DNA of 64,000 nt from Mycolicibacterium sp. (GTDB lineage: Bacteria; Actinomycetota; Actinomycetes; Mycobacteriales; Mycobacteriaceae), in the NCBI RefSeq assembly GCF_032117575.1, contig NZ_JAULZA010000034.1. The stretch is one strand, 5' to 3'. Each line of letters opens with the position of its first letter. Positions within the stretch are counted from its first letter, which is position 1. A program made the position numbers and the translations under genes. The notes under the pieces were generated by a model that was not told the origin of the DNA, made no database searches, and saw only the letters and a program-made list of their open reading frames with translations. Shown here piece after piece: positions 59,145-64,000 of this stretch.

Positions 59145-60025
59145 TAGCCACCAAACCTTGCGCCGGAGTCGAGGCTGAACATCGCCATGGTGAGGAGCAT
59201 GTTGACGATGACCACCACGGTGATGGCGGCGCGCATCGCATGACCGGCGGCCACACCCACGCCCTCAGGGCCACCGCTGGCGTAGAAGCCGTAGTAACAC
59301 TGCAGCACCGCGGAGATCGCCACGAAGATGACCACCTTGATCACCGAGTAGAACATCTCCTGACCGCTGAGCATCAGGCCGAAGTAGTGCAGGTAGCCAC
59401 CCATGGAGCCACCGCTGACGATGGTCACGATGAGCTGGGTGCTCAGGTAGCTGACACCCAGGCAGACGATGTAGAGCGGGATGATCGCGGTGATGGAGGC
59501 CATCAGCCGGGTGGTCACCATGTACGGGATGGGCTGGATCGCCATGACCTCGGTGGCGTCGATCTCCTCGGAGATCCGCATGGCGCCGAGCTGTGCGGTG
59601 AACCGGCAACCACTCTGCGTCGCGAAGGCCAGCGAGCAGGCGATCGGCGCGAGCTCGCGGGTGTTCACCAGCGAGGAGATGATGCCGACGGCGGGCCCCA
59701 GGCCGAGGAGCTGCAGGAAGTTATAGCCCTCGATACCCACCATGACGCCCACCACGACGCCGAGGACCAGGGCCACACCCGCGGTGCCGCCGCCGACCAC
59801 CAGCGAGCCGTTGCCCCAGGCCACATCAGAGAGCAACCGCACGTATTCCTGGCGGTAGCTCTTCAATACGACCGGGATGCCGGCGAAGGCGCGCCCGGCG
59901 AAGATCAGGATGTGCCCGAGTTGCATGACCGGGCTGGCGAGCTTGCCCGGCAGCTGGGTGAACGGCCGCAGTAACGCGGGTATCGGTGTCGACGGCTTTG
60001 CCACCGTCGGTTTCGACGTAACCAT
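59144..60025 (-). CDS. YrbEB (MlaE-family) permease
   Basis: AQLGAMRISEEIDA and YGFYASGGPEGVG. Confidence 0.93.
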   Translation of the reverse strand: MVTSKPTVAKPSTPIPALLRPFTQLPGKLASPVMQLGHILIFAGRAFAGIPVVLKSYRQEYVRLLSDVAWGNGSLVVGGGTAGVALVLGVVVGVMVGIEGYNFLQLLGLGPAVGIISSLVNTRELAPIACSLAFATQSGCRFTAQLGAMRISEEIDATEVMAIQPIPYMVTTRLMASITAIIPLYIVCLGVSYLSTQLIVTIVSGGSMGGYLHYFGLMLSGQEMFYSVIKVVIFVAISAVLQCYYGFYASGGPEGVGVAAGHAMRAAITVVVIVNMLLTMAMFSLDSGARFGG

Positions 60026-60883
60026 CTACAACCCCGACTTCGGAAACAGGATCAGGTACAGCTGACTGATCGCCACATTGACGATCATGAGCAACAGAAT
60101 CGATTCGACCACCGAGGAGTTCACCGAGTTGGCCACGCCCGCCGACCCGCCTCGGGTGGACAGCCCCTTCTCACACGAGACGATGCCCACGATGGCGCCG
60201 TAGATCACCGCCTTGATCATCGCCAGTTGCATATCCGCCACCGTGGTGAAGGAGGCGAACGTTCCGACGAAGCTGCCCGGGGCGCCGCCCTGGAAGTAAA
60301 CGTTGAACAGGTAACTGGCCAGGAAGCCGGTGAAACACACCAGCCCCGTCAGAGCCACCGCGATCACGATCGACGCCAGGAATCGGGGCACCACCAGTCG
60401 CTGGATGATCGAGATGCCCAGCACCTCCAGTGCGTCGATCTCGTCACGAATCTTGCGGGCACCCAGATCGGCGGTGATGGCCGATCCCACCGCGGCGGCC
60501 ATCAGGATGGCTGCCACCAGTGACGCCGCCTGCCGGATCACCGCCAGGCCGCTGGCCGCGCCGGCGAGTGAGTTGGCGCCCACCTGACCGGCCAGCAGAG
60601 CGAACTGGACTGAGAGGGTCACGCCGATGGGCAGCGCCACGAAGATGGTGGGCAGCACGGCCGTGCCGGCCATGAAGGCGGCTTGCCGGACGAATTCCTC
60701 CCACTGGAACTTCCCGGTGAACAGGTCGGTGAACAGCGTCTGGACGGTCCGCACGCCCATGATGGCCTGGTTGCCGACGGTGTTGACGGAGGCTCGGGGG
60801 TGACGTTCGACGTAACCGGCAACCCAGTCGTCGATCTCGCGGATGCCGTCGTGCTGTTTACGTCCCTTTTCCGCGGTGGTCAT
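60026..60883 (-). CDS. YrbEA (MlaE-family) permease
   Basis: ADLGARKIRDEIDALEVLG and GGSAGVANSVN. Confidence 0.93.
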   Translation of the reverse strand: MTTAEKGRKQHDGIREIDDWVAGYVERHPRASVNTVGNQAIMGVRTVQTLFTDLFTGKFQWEEFVRQAAFMAGTAVLPTIFVALPIGVTLSVQFALLAGQVGANSLAGAASGLAVIRQAASLVAAILMAAAVGSAITADLGARKIRDEIDALEVLGISIIQRLVVPRFLASIVIAVALTGLVCFTGFLASYLFNVYFQGGAPGSFVGTFASFTTVADMQLAMIKAVIYGAIVGIVSCEKGLSTRGGSAGVANSVNSSVVESILLLMIVNVAISQLYLILFPKSGL

Positions 60884-60979
60884 CCGGTGATCGACCCCTC
60901 CGTGGCGACGAGGCGGCAGAAGCCCACCACAAATAGTCCAGACGGTGGATTCATGGGCGTAGAAGCCCCCCTCCGGGTT

Positions 60980-61035
60980 TGTGACTCAGGGCACGTGGTC
61001 CAGCACACAGTAGGGGGGCGTCACACTGCCTGCAA
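60980..61035 (-). promoter_or_regulatory. SigA-type promoter of the mce operon with a downstream CRP-like box
   Basis: TTGCAG(61035-61030)-17 nt-TACTGT(61012-61007); TGTGA-CTCAGG-GCACG at 60980-60995. Confidence 0.6.
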
Positions 61036-61138
61036 CCAGTTTCAAGATTTTGCTAAACATCTGTCAAAAACCTTCTAACCGCCGGAAATGAAACGCCGAC
61101 GGCATGGCAGCGGCCGAGAATCGGTAGCGTAGGGTGCT

Positions 61139-61981
61139 ATGGCCCTGACGCCGGAAACCGTCGTGACCGGCGACGCCGTCGTCCTCGATGTCGACATCGC
61201 CCAGTTGCCGGTGCGTGCCGTCAGCGCGCTGATCGATCTGATTGTGGTCGGTTCCTTATACATTGCGGCCGTTCTACTGTGGGCGGCCGCTTTGCCCCGA
61301 TTCGACGACGCCTTCAACGGGGCGGTGCTGGTGATCTTCACCGTGGTGGTGCTTGTCGGCTACCCGCTGGGAATCGAGATGGCGACCCGTGGGCAATCCC
61401 TGGGGAAGATGGCGATGGGGCTTCGGGTGGTCTCCGACGATGGGGGTCCGGAGCGGTTCCGGCAGGCACTGTTCCGGGCGCTGGCCGGTTTCGTGGAGGT
61501 CTGGATCATGGTCGGCGGACCGGCGATTATCGCGAGCCTGCTGTCAGCGAAGGGCAAACGGCTCGGTGACATGTTCGCCGGGACGGTGGTGATCAGCGAA
61601 CGTGGCCCGAAACCTAATCCGACACCGCTCATGCCGCCGTGGCTGGCGTGGTGGGCCGAGTCGTTGGACTTGTCGGGCCTGGAACCGCAGCAGGCCGAGA
61701 TGGCCCGCCAATTCCTGGCCCGCGCACGTGAGCTCACACCGGCCATCCGCGACGAGATGGGCCGCCGCCTGGCGGCTCAGGTCAGCTCGTGCATCGCGCC
61801 GCCGCCCCCGCCGGGCGTCTCGCCGCAGCAGGTGCTGGCAGCGGTGCTTGCCGAACGGCATCGCCGGGAACTTGCCAGACTGCGGCCGCGGGCGGAGGCG
61901 TCACAGCCGCCCGCTGCCGCCTACCCGGCGCCCCCGCCGCCGTTCGCCCCCCGGGACGGGGGGTTCACCCCGCCCGGTTAG
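61139..61981 (+). CDS. RDD family membrane protein (Rv3695)
   Basis: VTGDAVVLD, RAVSALID, GQSLGKMAMGLRVV and KRLGDMFAGT. Confidence 0.92.
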   Translation: MALTPETVVTGDAVVLDVDIAQLPVRAVSALIDLIVVGSLYIAAVLLWAAALPRFDDAFNGAVLVIFTVVVLVGYPLGIEMATRGQSLGKMAMGLRVVSDDGGPERFRQALFRALAGFVEVWIMVGGPAIIASLLSAKGKRLGDMFAGTVVISERGPKPNPTPLMPPWLAWWAESLDLSGLEPQQAEMARQFLARARELTPAIRDEMGRRLAAQVSSCIAPPPPPGVSPQQVLAAVLAERHRRELARLRPRAEASQPPAAAYPAPPPPFAPRDGGFTPPG

Positions 61982-63348
61982 GCGCTGATCCAGTTGCCGT
62001 GGAATCCGTACGGCACCCGCCGCGGCAGCTTGATGCGGGCCACCGGCTCGCCGCTGATATCTCCGGCGTCCAAGATCACCAAGTCGCTGCTGTTGCGAAC
62101 CGGATCGAAGACGTACGCCAGGTACCAGCCGTTGTTCTCGTCGGCCGGGCCGTCCGGCGAGGGCACGAACACCGCCTCGCCTGGTCCCCCCGGCGCGTCC
62201 GGCTCACCGAACCGGTGCTCCACCGCCGCGCCGGTCTGCAGGTCGTAGCGCAGCAGCGTCGCGTCTCCCACCGAGATCGCGTAGCGCGCGGGCAGACCGG
62301 CAAGCCGGTCGTCGATACGGGGAAACTCCACCGCGCGGTCGTCGAGTTGGCGTTCGGACACCACCCCGGTCACGAGGTCGACGGTCCACTCCCACAGCAC
62401 GCCGCTGGCGCCGAACCCGCCGTCGTTACGCCACAGCTCGGGGTACCGAACAGCCTGCAGGAAAATGGATTTCCCGTCCGCGCTGTCGTAGGAATTGGCG
62501 ACGTGGAAGATGTAGCACGGATCGATGTCGAACCACCGGATTTGACCGAACGGGTCGTCCCGGCGAAGCACCCCGAAGCGGGCGCCGTAGTTGTCATCCC
62601 ACCGGAACGGCATCTCGCCGGCGCCGTTGATGGCGATCTCGATGTTGAAGACGATCGGCAGATCCATGAAGATCACGTGCCCGGCCGTCATGGCGAAGTC
62701 GTGCATCATCGTCAACGCCGGAACTTCTACCGGCCGGTTCACTGTCAGCACGCCGTCGGCGTCGACCCGGTGGTAGGACACGTGTGGCTGAAAGAGGTTG
62801 CCGTACCCGAAGAAATGCAGCTCCCCCGTCGTGGGACAGATCTTCGGATGAGCGGTCATCGAGTCATTGAGCTTGCCATCGAAGTCGTAACAGCCGACGG
62901 TCTCCAGATCGTTGGTGATCTGGTAGGGCAACGACGATTCGACCAGCGCCAGTGTCTTTCCGGCATGGTTGACCACGTGGGTGTTGGCCACTGAGGACCG
63001 CAGATTCCGGGTGCCGTCCGGGCCGTAGACTCCGAAGGGCTTCTCGAAGCTCTCGGTGCGGACCCACCGGTTGCGGTACCACTTGGCGGCACCGCTTTCG
63101 ATGCGAACGCCGTGGATCATGCCGTCGCCGATGAACCAGTGCCCGGTCGGTGTGCGCGGATTGGAGCCGTTGCGCAGATACCACCCGTCGATGGCCGGTG
63201 GGATGGCGCCCTCAACCGGCAGGTCGTACTCGGTGAGCTCATCAGGCACCGGGGCGTAGTTGCCCCGCATGTGGAACGGGCTGGCGGGGTCCTGGCTCGC
63301 GGGGTCCGCGGTGGGCAGGTTTGCCGGGTCGGCGACAGTGTCAGTCAT
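61978..63348 (-). CDS. Carotenoid cleavage oxygenase / lignostilbene dioxygenase family enzyme
   Basis: GNYAPV, YLRNG and GDGMIH; four Fe-His motifs TAHPK, MMHDF, IFHVAN and GFHGNW; EFPRID. Confidence 0.93.
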   Translation of the reverse strand: MTDTVADPANLPTADPASQDPASPFHMRGNYAPVPDELTEYDLPVEGAIPPAIDGWYLRNGSNPRTPTGHWFIGDGMIHGVRIESGAAKWYRNRWVRTESFEKPFGVYGPDGTRNLRSSVANTHVVNHAGKTLALVESSLPYQITNDLETVGCYDFDGKLNDSMTAHPKICPTTGELHFFGYGNLFQPHVSYHRVDADGVLTVNRPVEVPALTMMHDFAMTAGHVIFMDLPIVFNIEIAINGAGEMPFRWDDNYGARFGVLRRDDPFGQIRWFDIDPCYIFHVANSYDSADGKSIFLQAVRYPELWRNDGGFGASGVLWEWTVDLVTGVVSERQLDDRAVEFPRIDDRLAGLPARYAISVGDATLLRYDLQTGAAVEHRFGEPDAPGGPGEAVFVPSPDGPADENNGWYLAYVFDPVRNSSDLVILDAGDISGEPVARIKLPRRVPYGFHGNWISA

Positions 63349-63417
63349 ACCGTCAACTGTGGCACGACTTCGGTGCGGTTTCATGCGCTCAGCGCACGCC
63401 AGTGCACCGAAGCGGCC

Positions 63418-64000
63418 TCAGCCCTCGACGTTGACCCAGCCCAGCGTCCGTTCCACCGCCATGTGCCAGCCGGCGAATCCCTTGTCCCGCTGCTCGGAGG
63501 TCCAATGCGGCGTCCAGCGACGGCCTTCCTGCCAGTTGGCCCGCAGATCCTCTGGATCCGCCCAGTATCCGACCGCAAGGCCCGCCGCATAGGCCGCACC
63601 CAGGGCCGTCGTCTCGGCCACCTTGGGCCGCACCACGTCCACCCCGAGCACGTCGGATTGGATCTGCATGCACAACTCGTTGAGGGTCACCCCGCCATCG
63701 ACCTTGAGGATCTCCAGTTTGACGCCCGAGTCGGCCTCCATCGCCTCCACCACATCGCGGCTCTGGTAACAGATCGCCTCCAGCGTCGCCCGGGCGATGT
63801 GGGCGTTGGTGTTGAACCGGGACAGACCGACGATCGCCCCGCGGGCATCCGAGCGCCAGTAGGGCGCGAACAGACCGGAGAAGGCGGGCACGAAGTAGAT
63901 ACCGCCGTTGTCCTCGACCTGCGACGCCAGCGTCTCGCTGTCTCCGGCACCGCTGATGATGCCCAGTTGGTCGCGCAGCCACTGCACCGCCGAACCGGTG
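63418..64000 (-). CDS. glpK: Glycerol kinase, 3' part (5' end lies outside the window)
   Basis: [20 protein letters not shown] and ETTALGAA. Confidence 0.96.
   Translation of the reverse strand, partial: TGSAVQWLRDQLGIISGAGDSETLASQVEDNGGIYFVPAFSGLFAPYWRSDARGAIVGLSRFNTNAHIARATLEAICYQSRDVVEAMEADSGVKLEILKVDGGVTLNELCMQIQSDVLGVDVVRPKVAETTALGAAYAAGLAVGYWADPEDLRANWQEGRRWTPHWTSEQRDKGFAGWHMAVERTLGWVNVEG

Overview
High-GC mycobacterial chromosome segment, probably from an environmental or rapid-growing Mycobacterium/Mycolicibacterium. It is collinear with M. tuberculosis Rv3645-Rv3696c; orthologue assignments come from motifs and recalled synteny, not from a database search. Core order: HAMP adenylate cyclase, topA, cspA, DUF1998 helicase, the Ssd-Tad/Flp pilus operon, two non-coding RNAs (6C/B11 and Ms1) flanking a HAD hydrolase, acs, ephE, marP, nudix/tlpA/nth, crp, the ArsA-type ATPase pair, whiB4, ponA2, cds1, tRNA-Pro(CGG), yqeY, the DUF4129-DUF4350-MoxR-DUF58-SpoIIM-RDD module and a partial glpK. 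There are three accessory blocks. (1) About 8 kb after tRNA-Pro carries a frameshifted small secreted-protein gene, DUF2267, DUF2256, an MBL hydrolase, a TspO-like protein, a flavin dehydrogenase and a cluster of heme-oxygenase-like diiron enzyme + CDGSH Fe-S protein + NPPY methyltransferase + catalase-like protein, with SigF-type promoters. This cluster is my best candidate for an uncharacterised system. (2) A complete ~10.7 kb mce operon sits between the SpoIIM and RDD genes. (3) A carotenoid-cleavage dioxygenase gene lies next to glpK. Other notable items: an acidic Tyr hexapeptide repeat tail on the Rv3669 orthologue, two short tandem repeats at translation starts, a TadE gene with no usable start codon, CRP-like boxes at the Ms1, whiB4 and mce promoters, and many apparently leaderless genes. 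I saw no CRISPR array, IS element, integrase or rRNA.
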